From: Selaginella moellendorffii
Lineage: Eukaryota; Plantae; Lycopodiophyta
Reading direction: 5' to 3'
Assembly (NCBI RefSeq): GCF_000143415.4
Contig: NW_003314315.1
Location: 926,400-990,399 of the forward strand
Length of the DNA stretch: 64,000 nt
Position 1 is the first letter of the stretch. Each line of letters starts with the position of its first letter. The notes below the pieces were generated by a model. The model did not search any database. It was not told where the DNA came from and worked only from the letters and a program-made list of their open reading frames with translations. This document shows positions 1 through 11,991 of this stretch, piece after piece. The translations under genes were made by a program, and so were the position numbers.

Positions 1-2516
1 CTTTGGAACCAATCGGCCACGATCAGACCCACGCGCGGATCCCATCCCACCGCTGGAGTCATTTCCTCTGCCTGAGTCCATCCCGCATCCATTAGTCCTA
101 CAGGTACTCTGCATTCAAAGGTGTATTTATTGTAGTTTTCACTGAGGAATATTAAAGGAATATTGCACTAGGAATATTCAACTTATCGCAAGCATATTCC
201 TATGGACGGATCTTTTGAAAGATCCTAACTCCCCTTACTAAATGTGGTATATATTCTCTTTTGAGAATATTATTTAGGAATATGCTTTTGATATAAAAGG
301 GTGGTGATTTTTCCAATCAAATTAAGGCGATTGTGCACATAGTCTTTTTTGCTCTGTGTGCTTCCCTGCAAGCTGGGAAAAACACCAAGCCTCCTCTCTC
401 CTTTTGTGTTCTTAAAGAGCACCATTATTCCCCTCTTATTTCTTTTAGGTATATCACACATAGAGTGCCATTTATCAACACTTTTGGTCTTCTAAAAGTA
501 ACCATTCCTTAAGCTGCAGCTGGGAAGCTCAGCAACATCTTCATATGCACAAAACTCATATGTCATTGGGGAAATCCAAGATAAGTTTGATAATTCTCAT
601 AGTAAAGCTGTAAGATTGGAATATTTTTTTAAATTTTCTTTTATAGATTTTTCTGTATGGCAGTTGCTCTCATATTTAAAGAAAAATTGGCAGTGATAAG
701 TATTATAAAGCAGAGTAAAGCAAATTGCTAACTGACATCGCTAAATATATGAATTCTTATCATAATTTTTCTTTTCTCTCTTGGGAGGATTTTTGGAAAT
801 GACATCATGTAACACAATGATTGTGAAAAATGAGTATCCTTTATAAGGCAGGCTTGCTCAAGGAATATTTAACCATAACCAGGATAATTGGGCTTTTTTC
901 CTCAAGTTGCATCGGGCTCCAAGTCATGGCAAATGAGTTTTTTTTCATTTCGATCCATAGAGCCATTCTTACTGCATGTTTCCATTGGATCTAGGTGACA
1001 AGAAACAGAAATTATCATTTACTATTGCTCAAAAGATAGGTAGATACTCAAACTTACATTAAATCATCTGAAATACTTGAATTGTGTGAAACACACAACT
1101 TTGGATCATCAATTAAACTTTCTGTAGGAAATAGTGATCAAGTTTAGCACTTGCTTGCACTTAAAAGAGTTGGAATTGCTTCAAAGCTAAAACAAGATGA
1201 CAAGACAACACTTTCCAAGACTCTAATGAAGCAAATCTGAGTTTCAAATTCATGTCAAAAATGGTAGTAAGCTCTATGAGCTCAACAGGGAGAAGCTTTC
1301 AATATTCAAAAGATTATTTCATTTGTAGTCATTATCTGTTTTGTGTCTTAGGATGTTATAGTTACTTCAATCTGTTTCTATGTAAGTTCATTAGATGCTC
1401 TACATTGTAAAAAGATGTGAAAAGATTTTGTTCAGAATAGAAGTAATGTCACCAGGAAGATGATAAGTTTAATTAGCAAAAGAGGCATCACAAGGAAGAA
1501 AAAGATATTTGTTATAGCAAGGAAGCTATATTGTTCTGGTGACAAACACAGTAGCAAAAACTGAAAGGTCATAGACCCTAAACCTGAAGGAAAAAAATTG
1601 ATACAAATTAGCTTGAACAACTATTAAATAAACTTTATATAGTTTCGCTAGTCATCTTCCTTACAACAGGAATGGCATTTTGTATGTCATGTAAATATTT
1701 CTTTGGTGAAATGGCTGTAAAAGACATAGTTTTGTATGTTGAGAGTGGCCCTGTGCCACGTGGCTAGTCCACGCGAGTCTTCACCGGTTCACCATGTCAC
1801 ACATATGTACATTTTCCATTCCATATCTGCTATGACGGATCTTGAGCACCATCACACGGTTTCACCTTTCGTTAGATGGTATCGGAGCAATGCCTGGGAG
1901 AGCGAGAAGAATTCGAAACCGTAGGATCAGGGCGACACTTGCTAGGGTGAATTGGAGCCTCCGTCTACGTAGACAGTGGTGGAGATACCGATGTCTTTTA
2001 GAAGATTCACGATGCCTTTCGAGGCCATCGTGGATTCTGGGGGTCTAAATGCCCAGAAAAGGACGACCAGAGGAAGGAGGAAAGTGGACAAGCCGAACTT
2101 GCTCACGATCAAGCTGCTGCTGCTGCTGACGTATCTTTAAAGGCTGGAGAATTACATGTCAAGCCTGATGATCACCAGATGTCAGTAAATGCAAACAAGG
2201 CCAGGAAGAAGTTAAACTGGAAGATGCTGACCTTCTAGCGAGGAAGCTGTGCCAGAGGTAGAAGCAGTGGCTACTCCTGTAAGACAAGATGGTGCTGTTA
2301 GACATACGTGCATCTACAAATGTCTGTTTGCATGACAAACGAATTCCTGGCTCAATTCTTCTCATTGCCGCCTTGAGAAGCTCGTTGAACAGCAAAATGG
2401 CGTGCAAGTCATTGGGATCCAGATCACTTCACCGTGTCAGGATGGAGTACCAATGGCGGCAAGTTGTGTGGACTACAGATGATGTTTAAACAAGAAACTC
2501 CAATAGAAGTTGCCTT

Positions 2517-3445
2517 GCCCTTCCAATAAAGAATATTCTAACGAATATATTTTAAATATACTACGAATATTCCAGGAAAATATTCTAGGGTTTACCAATA
2601 AGTCGCATATCTTAGCGTTGTTTTCGTGACGATGATGGGCTAGGCGATGCAGAATCCCGTGCGCACCACATAGCACACAGCCGTGCACACGAAGGTGAGC
2701 AGCAAGGAGATCAAGGAGCAGAGATCGAGCTCAAGAAGGCCGCTGTCAAGGGCAGCAAGGCGGAGCAAAAGGCCAAGACGAGGAAGAAATCTCCGGGCCG
2801 GCGATGAAGGAGGACACGAATTCCGGGCGGCTGGACAATCGCGGGTCCGCCGCCAAGAATCTCCAAGGGGAAGAAGTGGCGGGATCGACGAGCGCAGCAG
2901 GGAGCAGCGCATCCAGGACGAACAGGTACTGCTCGTGAGCGTGGAGGAGGACGTCCTCGCCGCCGAGCTCCAGCCGCTGGGATTGTCGCTCAAGGAGATC
3001 AAACCCGACGGGCATTGCTTATACCGGGCGGTGGAAGATCAGCTCCAGCTCCATCCCAGCGCGCCCCAGTACTCGTTCCAGGAGCTCCGGAAGATCGCTG
3101 CGGGCTACATCCGCGAGCACCCAGAGGATTTCGTGCCATTCATCGGCGGCGATGTGGAGCTGGAGGATTACTGCCGGGAGATTGAATCGACCGCGGCCTG
3201 GGGAGGGCAATTGGAGCTCGAGGCCCTCTCTCACGCACTCCAGAAGCACATCTTCGTGTTCTAGGCGGAGATGGCAATCGTGGAGATGGGCAGTGAGTTC
3301 CAGCGCGATGGGACGAATCCATCGATCAGGCTCTCGTACGCGTTTGGATTGGGGGAGCACTACAACTCCTTGGTTCCGGCGTGAGGAAGAACACGGAAGG
3401 TTTTGGCGGGAAGAACTGCCACGTGGCTGCTGACGTGCTCAATGG
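2517..3445 (+). pseudogene. Pseudogene copy of the OTU deubiquitinase gene at 11992-12920, with flanks
   Basis: Near-identical to ~11886-12990. Exon 1 with the ATG is deleted, the 5' half has many short deletions, and TCG>TAG creates a stop at 3262-3264. Confidence 0.92.
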
Positions 3446-5579
3446 CGTTTCAGTTCTATTGCAGCTAGTGATCTTCCTTAAAACAAGTTTTTCGGTGGCA
3501 GACATAAGCGACATCTTAAGCAGATACTTGGTGCAAGCTCCTCACAAGGAGCCGTGACATCCAAGGACATGGAGTGAATAAAATCTTGTGAAAAGTGTTC
3601 AAGCTGAGGTGGTGTTGTGATTTTCTTATTTTTCTGTTATTATTTTTTTCTTGCACTTGAAGGATTTGACATTCACATTGTTGACGCAGGAAATGGTGCT
3701 GGTGGCTTCTTTGTGGTACTTCATTATTTTTGGCTATGGGAGTGGATGTCAGCTTTTGGAGCTAGATGGTATGAAACCCTGTCAGAGAAATGAAGTTCTT
3801 ATATCTTGACTTTTCTTGCCAGGCATGTTTCTGAGTTGTATTCGCAATCTTGAGGAAAAAAAAGCATTGTTCTCAACCATATTTGACACGGATGTGGACA
3901 GGTTTTCTTATTTTCCTTTTCATCCTTGTTCTTTTGGAAGTAACTTGCTCTGCTGCAATAGAACTTAATTGTAATCACTTATTGCCATTGTTTTGGCCAA
4001 ATTACCTTCTCACAATTGTGGTAACAGCTTGAAAGCTTTCAAAAGACAGCAGGACAACAATTGTGACTGACAACATCACTTCTTGATCAAATATGCAAGG
4101 CTGTGATTGAATCTGTCCTGTTCCCTTTTACAAGGGACAATAGTCATGCAACACATACTTCCAATGCAAAATGGTTGTAGAACTCGGTGGGTGAGGAGTC
4201 CCATCTAGCAGGAACTCAAAGTTCTGGGCTCGTTTGTCATGGAAGTGGTTTCTGGATTCAGGATATAGCTACTCCTCTAGCTGATATTGTTTGATTATGT
4301 ACATAACATAGGTTTAGGGAAGTTATAAATTTCTCCTGTGATTAAATTCCCTTAATAAGTTATTTTATATAAAGGTTATTCACACTTAAAACATAAATAT
4401 CTTAAAATTTAGCATATAAATTTTCTAAACACTTCCTAGTATATTATACTTCATTAATTGAAAGGTGATATATCAAACAAATACTATATTATTATTCAGA
4501 TCTTTCAACTACTAGAGTGTCTTGTATTTCAATGCCAGTAGGTGTTAGAATCAAGTGATCTTTTGGCTTTGGGATTTCTATATTCAATATGCTCTCCATT
4601 CTCTTCTCTTCATCTCATCTTGTGCTCGAGTTCTTCATTTGTATAAGATCTATCAAAAGGTTGTGTAAAACACAACATACTTTCATGACATTTGGTAGAA
4701 ATGCCAACTTCATTTGTAGTTGAGAGTTGAAACACTTGATGATATTGTTTATTAAATTGGCACATGATAACACATGATGGTAATTCTTTTTTATCAAAGG
4801 ACAATGATGACTCTAGAAAATGCAAGTGAGAAGCTGTACAAATGATTTCTATCATGAGACTTACTTGTGAATGGTGTCGTCATAAAAGCTTTAAGTTAAT
4901 ATCTTTTGTCTTCTACCAAGTAAGATTTGATGTCATGGTTGATCACATTAATTTTTTGTTCTTGCTGAGACTCTATTTACTGTTGAATAGTAAAATTTTG
5001 CCATACTTGCATATCATGAACACTATCTGGAAATAGTAAGTTTAGTTTGATCATAGTGATTGATAGAAACCTCTTCCTTGCATCATAAATTGCTTGGAGA
5101 ATGATGAGCTCTTATTTCAAAGCTCACTCAAAGTCCAAGATGATTAGCTTGAAAACTAAAATGCTTGAAACTTGAATTTGAAATAAAAGCTCTCCCCCTA
5201 GAACTAAAACTAGAAGTAAAAGTGGTGAGGATGAAGTTTTAGTGAAAGCCTAAATTGATGATCTACTCATAGATATGATTAGTTAGATGGATGGAGTGGA
5301 GAGCTAGGAAGATCTTAACAAAGTGATGTGATTAGGAGGGATTTCATCAGTTGCACTTGCCACAAGAGGACATGATTCTTCAATATGGCTCTTATGAATA
5401 ACTCCATTACCATGCATAACTATACCACCATCTTAACTCTACCACTATAACCAAATTTAATGCCACAATTTATGCTTAAAATCACCATGCCCACTCCTCG
5501 TCACTTAAGTTAAATTACCTAAGTCATCTCACATAATTTTAACACATGAATCACAAATGATATATTATGTATGGTTTAT

Positions 5580-5708
5580 TGTTGTGAATGTGACTTTAGG
5601 TATCAAAAGATATTTGTTAGCCAGTCCAATTTACTAACACTTAGTAAAGAGTGTCTGTAAGGATTGACCAACAAGTATCTTTCAATACCCAAAGTCACAT
5701 TTGCAACA
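5580..5708. mobile_element. 129-bp foldback (hairpin) element with TGTTG...CAACA ends and 5-bp TSD TTTAT
   Basis: Left arm tgttgtgaatgtgactttaggtatcaaaagatatttgttagccagtcc matches the reverse complement of the right arm. TTTAT at 5575-5579 and 5709-5713. Confidence 0.8.
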
Positions 5709-6129
5709 TTTATGTAATGTTTATATGCAAAAGTAATCTGAAAAGAAAATATATAAAATAATTTACATATATTTCATATAGTGTTTTCAATGCGAATATA
5801 TGTTATTATAAAGCTAGAAATTATATTAGTAGTTTGTGATTTTCATATAAAATGCTTAGTTAATATTCAAAACTTTTTAAAATTCCTTTAAGTTATCCAT
5901 CTTACCATAATTTATACTCCATTATATATTTATGAACTTCCATAAATTAAATGATTTGATCATTTACCTCAAATGATGGCTTGTTATGTGGTAAAAATCA
6001 CAAGTGTTTTAAACAACCTTCCCTTTTTTTTATTGGATTTGCACATCATCATTAAAGTTTTGGCATGAAAGATAATAAAAAAAAGATATTAACAACCAAA
6101 AATAAAACTACTTAGGAGTATCTTATATT

Positions 6130-8340
6130 GTTTTACATTATTCATATTCCACTTTATTATACATCCCCATTATTGGGGTTAAATAAAATTCAGAAGGCTT
6201 TAGGAGATATGCCATATGAAATGGTAGATTATTTTTAGTTTTGGAGTCTAAAATGCTTAAGAGGAGGACAATAAAAAGGCAATGTAAATCAAACTTACCA
6301 AACAAAGGGAATATACTAGTTGCACTGTAAGCTACAAGATATTTTACTTTATCAATCCTTCATACTTTATCTAGATAGCTGATTATATTACATGTGCCAA
6401 AAGTATATTGGTATAACCTTCTCAAGAGTATTAAAGAAATGACTAATTTTGGCTTCTAATCTAAAAAAATCACAAACTTGGGAAGAATTTTTATGAGGGA
6501 AAGAGGAAGAAAGAGGAAGAAAGAGGAAGAAAGAGGAAGAAAGTGCTTACCAAAATCCTCTAAATTTAGCCACCATTACTACTTTTTAAATTTCTCAAAA
6601 AAAAATTTGATTTAGGCATCTAGTGAACTTGTAACTTCTTTTCAATTTGAGTTTATCTGCCATAGCATTTGTTTGTATGCTTAAGCCAAAATATTAACGT
6701 CCTCTATGCCTGATGCTTTAGCGTGTCTAAATAGGGTTAGGTTAAGTTAGAAATAAAAGGCAATAAAGAGTAATTCAACATTCATGTGTTTTCTTATAGT
6801 GCACATGAATTCGGAGTTAAACTCTAAATTTGTTGCACTATGAAACAAGGGTTTAATACATATTAAAAATCTCTAATAAACACCACTTCTTTATATCTAT
6901 CTCTTGCACATAAAATGGTGTCAAATGTTGTTTAGCACAATTTTAAGATACTGGTAGTGTATTCATATTCCATTTTATTATCCATACCCATTATTAGGGT
7001 GAAATAGGATTTAGAAGGCTTTAGGAGATATGCCTTACATAATGACTTAAGATTAGTTTCAATCTTGAAATATAAGATGCCTAGAAATTAAAAAACCAAT
7101 AATAAAAAGGCAATACAAACTAAGCGTACTAGATAAAAAGAACATATTAGTCATTCTATAAGCTATAAAATATTTTATTTTATTGATTCTTTACACCTTA
7201 TCCAAATGGTTATTGCATATGTCAGAAGCTTTTTGATATAACCTTCTCTCTAGAAGAAAAAGGTATATAAGATAAATAATGAATCTTAACCTCTAGTTAG
7301 GAGAATCACAAACTTGGGAGGAGATATTAGGAGGGAAGGAGGAGGGAGGAAGAAGGCATTTACTAAATTTTCTAGATTTACTTTATCTTAAAAGATCTTA
7401 GCTTAGGTATTTAGCGAATATGCAATATCCTTTAGATTTAAAACATTTGCCATAATATTTATTTGTATGCCCAAGTCCTTTGCCTATGGAATGTCAGTGT
7501 TTTTATGATTTAGCATCCAAAGAGGGTTAAATTAAGTTAAAAATTAGATGCAATAAAAAGTAATTTAACATTTACATACTTTATTGTAATATACATAAAT
7601 TTAGAGACGAACTTTAAGCTCTCTCAAAGAATTTAGTTTAAGCATTTAATGAATCTAGTACTTTTTTTTTATTTAGGACTATTCATTATATACCTAAGTT
7701 GTTCATCTATGGAGCATTGGCATCCCCTATATTTGATGATTTAGCATATCTGAAGTGGGTAATGTTAAGTTGGAAATAATAGGTAATAAAGAGCAATTTA
7801 GCATTTATTAAATTTAAAACAGAATTCTAGGCTCGCTACACTATGAAACAAGGGTTTAATATATATTCAAAATCTATTCAACTTTTGGATGCAAAACAAT
7901 ATTAATTAGTGTTGCATTCATATATCACTTTATTATCCACCCCTATTATTAGGGTTAAATAAGATCTAGAAGGTTCTAAAAGATATGAAATGGCTTGAAA
8001 CTGGGATCAGTCTTGGAATTTAATATATTTATAAAGTATAGAAAGAGGAGGATAATAAGTTAATTGTGTCATATGTACCAAAAGTCTTTTGATATAACTG
8101 TATTTTTCTCTTAAGAAAGGCACATTAGAAAAGTGATAAATTTTAGCTTTTAATTTAGGAGATTATATATTTGGGAAGAGCTATTAAGGGATGAAGGAAG
8201 AAGAGGAAGCTGGTGGTATGTTTACATTTTATATTATTGTCCATCTTTATTATTGGGATCAAATAAGATTCAAAAACCTTTAGAATATATGCCATATAGA
8301 ATGGTTTGAAATTAATTCCATTTTTGGAGTTTAAAATGAT
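6130..8340. repeat. Degenerate direct repeat family (about 4 partial copies), probably TE-derived
   Basis: Motif ttcatattccactttattat...ttattggggttaaataaaattcagaaggctttaggagatatgcc recurs near 6140, 6960, 7915 and 8222, with shared downstream blocks. (GAAAGAGGAA)4 at ~6499-6543. Confidence 0.7.
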
Positions 8341-9419
8341 TATATATTTTCTATTAACCTTCTTGGTCATAACCTTTTTTAATCTACTAGTAGTTTTACA
8401 TAAATTTGATCTTTTCTTTCAATAGTGACATATAGTTCGTATAAAGTTTTTGATATTGCTCTAGAGTTGTTTTTCTGCAATTGTATTATTTCAATCCCTG
8501 AATATTAGAAAATAAAAGGATAATAAGAAAACTTCTAGTCTAGAAGAATCATTAACTTTAAAGGAGTTATTAAAAAGAGAGAGAAAAGAAACCCCCCTTC
8601 CTTTACCAACTTTATTTTTTAAAACTGATTCAAATATAAAGCTATTCTACCATGATACAATACTGGTATTTACAATTATGTAGTACATTTGAATTTGGAA
8701 CAAAACTCTAAGCCCATTGTATGCACTCAAAATCCCCTATATTATATATAAAATAGTGTTAAATGGTAATTAGCATAATTTTAGCATACTAGTGATTTAA
8801 TGTGAGGAGCTGGGTATCCCACCAACTAGAGTAGCATAAAATTTGGGCTTAGACCCAAGTTAAACGTAGAACAAAAAGCAATATATTTTAGCAGGAGCAA
8901 AATTAATATCTCAAGTGATTAGCCGTACTTTTAATCACTATTTCTACTATATATTTAGAACTCTTCACAGTCAATGTTCTTGTCAATATATACCCTAGTC
9001 TACCCTTGATGCAAACCATCAAGGAAACAATTCCAAAATTTAACAAAAGGCACACTTTATAAAAAACACACTAACTTAAATGAAAAAGGGTTATGTCCAA
9101 AAATTTTAAGACTTAAACACCTTTTGGCTTTCATTTACAAGGGAAAGACTAATAAAATTAACCACCTTTGTGATTTCAAGTACCACTCGACTTATAAAAG
9201 AATGATATTGCCTTGCCCACATGGATATTTAAAAAGAGTTAAAGGTTTAATTATCCTTAACACAAATCATTATATCATGAATATTTTGAGAACTATTACA
9301 AATTAACAAATGAAATTGTTTACACAACCACACTCATTTGCAAAAATGGGTTAACAAGCGAGAGATGAGAATTTGTAATAGTTATCTTTATGGATTGAAT
9401 CTATGTACCAAAGTGCTAA

Positions 9420-9598
9420 AATAAATTTGTTATAGAGAGAATAACTCAAGAGATATTTATAAGGGTTTAAATATAGAGAGAAAAGGGACTACTCTTTTTT
9501 ATAATTGGTTAAAGGTCTTTCGATACTTTAAGCATTTTTTAGTTTGAATAGTATTGTGATTGGTGACTCTTTGGAAAGTCAAACCTCAAAAGCTTACA
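9420..9598 (+). mobile_element. Degenerate LTR of the 5S-containing (Cassandra-like) TRIM family
   Basis: Colinear with the reverse complement of 10679-10872 and ends in GCTTACA. 9528-9580 aligns without gaps to the 3' half of plant 5S rRNA. Confidence 0.72.
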
Positions 9599-9608
9599 CT
9601 TGTTAGAA

Positions 9609-9993
9609 CTAACCCAAAATGAAAGAATAAAATATTTAAAGAAATTGAATATTTTATTATTTTTCAACATTTTTAAGAGGTTCCTAAGTTAATTCATAAT
9701 ACTCACAAATAATATCTATAGTATGGCATATAGTCAGTACTCATGGATGCCCAATATGTATGATTTCAATTTGAGGAGTAGGAATATAACTTGAGCCTAA
9801 CCCAAAATAAAAGAATAAAAGATTTAAAGAAATTGAATATTTTATTATTGCAAGATTTTAAGAGGTTCCTAAGTTGATTTATAATACTCATAATTAATAA
9901 CTATAGTGTGGCAACTAGTCATCAACTTATATTGCAGTCCATACATTATAGATGCCAAATGTGTATAATTTCAATTTTAGAAGTAAGAATATA
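9609..9993. repeat. Tandem duplication of ~190 bp
   Basis: ctaacccaaaat...aagaataaaa...aagaggttcctaagtt...gaatata occurs at ~9609-9788 and ~9797-9993. Confidence 0.85.
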
Positions 9994-10249
9994 CTTTGCT
10001 AAAAGGTATAAATTAATGAAAATCAAACTTGTATCAGTTACTTTTATATGATCTAATGTACCCTATCTCTCTCTTCTTAAACCAACTAGAAAAGGGTAAT
10101 TTTTTTATTTTAATGGTTAATTTATCCCTATTTACCCATGATCACATATGCTACAGTAGCTTTAGATCAACTTTAGCGCAATTGCTCTATATAAGTCTTA
10201 ACAATTGAGACTAACATTTCAGATATAATTTCAAAATAATGATGTATTA

Positions 10250-11886
10250 AAGAATCCTATGAGCATTTCCTTACAATATCTCCTATGAAGAATAGTGAAA
10301 TGTGTTGTTATAATAGATTTCTATTCTCAACTTAATTGTATTAATCCATTGCGATATAGTACCATAAATAATCTTCAACCTAACCATTTATGTTTTTTGT
10401 CTACCCATTTGTTTAAGGATGAGAAACTATATTAAATTTCAACTTATTACCAAATAACTAGAATAGTGTGCCTCAAAACTTTCCCATAAATCTTAAATCC
10501 TTATTCAAGATCATTTCTTTAGGAAATTCATAAACCCACACTATTTCATGGAAAAGAGATTTGCATTTTACTTTGCATTCATAATTTCCACAATTGGAAT
10601 AAAGTGTGTAATATTTAGCAACCGATCCATAACCACAATCAAAGTGTCATAATGTTTAAACTTTAATAAGTAAGTGATTGTAAGCTATTAAATGTGGACT
10701 TCCCAGAAGGTCATTTAGCCTAATACTATTCAAATCTAAGGACATTTAACCCTAAATATCCAAAGACCCATAACCAATTAGACAAAAGAGTGCACTCTTG
10801 TTCATAAGTCATTTCCCTCTATATTTAAACTTCATAAATTATCCCTCAAGTTGTTCTCTTTAATTTTTTACAATCTATCACACTTTTTTGCAAGTTCACA
10901 CTCTCGTGAATGAAAGTTAAGAGCCACAGCTCTTTTGAGAGCCCCAATTTCGTGACATCCTACCCCTCGAGTTGAGCCCAACTAAAGCAAATTAGACCTA
11001 CTAAATGTTAATTAACATATGGTGTGATTCCCCTAGCTAACTAACAAAGTTAGACCCGAGACCCCTTTAATACCAAATATAAACTCCTAAATTTAGACTT
11101 CTCAGAAAGTCACAAAACCTTTAACCAATTGGAAAAACTTTTGTTAATGGGCTCTTTCCGTCTATATTTAAACCCCATAGATCATCTATTAAATTGTTCT
11201 TTTTAGTTGCTTATAGTGATGAAATTAAATGTTACACTTTAAAATAGCCATATTAGTGTTGGAATGCACTACAACTTCCCAACATACTTCTTAGTTCTTC
11301 TCTTACACTACTAACAAGTAGGGTAAGAATATATATAGTCTACTACATTAATTTCCATACCAGACTAAAAAAGTCTCTTTTTCAACTAAATAAAAGTTTT
11401 TCATTTACCACTATATTCCATTGCTGGAACATCATAACATTCTTATAGAAATAATTGTAATAGGTCTTTGGACAAAGGATACAATCTTTCCTGCTTATAG
11501 TAAATAAGCCCATATTTAATTGAGAAATAAAGTTTCACATTAGCACAAATAGCAAATTTCATTGCTTCACTATTAAGGTTTTGCTTCAACAACTCTATAT
11601 AATGCAATATTACTTTTTTCAATAGATCACTTTCATATAAAGCCTAAACATCTTCTAACTAGTCTAAATTGATTGCTAGAAACTAAGTTTGATAATTTAA
11701 CACATCTAGAACTTATTAGATTTATAGATAATTTTGATATTGAATCTAGCAAATTTCTTTTGCCAATGAATCTACTTTGGTATAAACTTTAGTTACATCA
11801 TATAAACTTTAGTATGTCCATCCAAATAATACCTTTAATGGTCCAACTCTAACACTATAGCAAACATTTCTTTTCTTGTGTGTAGG
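10250..11886 (-). mobile_element. Decayed Ty3/gypsy pol remnant (RNase H, integrase zinc finger and core), split by a nested TRIM
   Basis: Minus-strand translation gives EMFAIVLELDH*RYYLDG...WQKKFARFNIKIIYK (RNase H), ECYDVP...YPTC**CK (HHCC region), and YDTLIVVMDRLLNITHFIP...FPKEMILNKDLRF...SHP*TNG*TK (integrase core). Many stops. Confidence 0.88.
10679..11215 (-). mobile_element. Cassandra-like TRIM (537 bp): two LTRs, PBS, 5-bp TSD GTGAT, 5S rRNA-derived LTR segment
   Basis: TSD at 10674-10678 and 11216-11220. LTRs at 11078-11215 and 10679-10872. PBS TGGTATTAAAGG (9/12 to the tRNA-iMet PBS TGGTATCAGAGC) at 11064-11075. 10692-10751 matches 5S rRNA without gaps. Removing the element restores the integrase frame. 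Confidence 0.85.
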
Positions 11887-11991
11887 CCCTTCCAATAGAG
11901 AATAATCTAACGAATATTCTTTTAGAATATGCTACGAATGTTCTAGGAAAATATTCTAGGGTTTAGGTTGTGATCTTCGAGCGATCGAGCT

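Noticed and set aside
1-2500. Exon-like fragments with splice signals (also 3450-4250)
   Set aside because: No recognisable protein or element termini, so no call can be supported.
4500-5560. Possible gag remnant (HKSHIEESCP zinc-knuckle-like, minus strand)
   Set aside because: A single weak motif; insufficient evidence.
10692-10751. Functional 5S rRNA gene
   Set aside because: Only the 3' half is present, it is decayed, and it lies inside an LTR.
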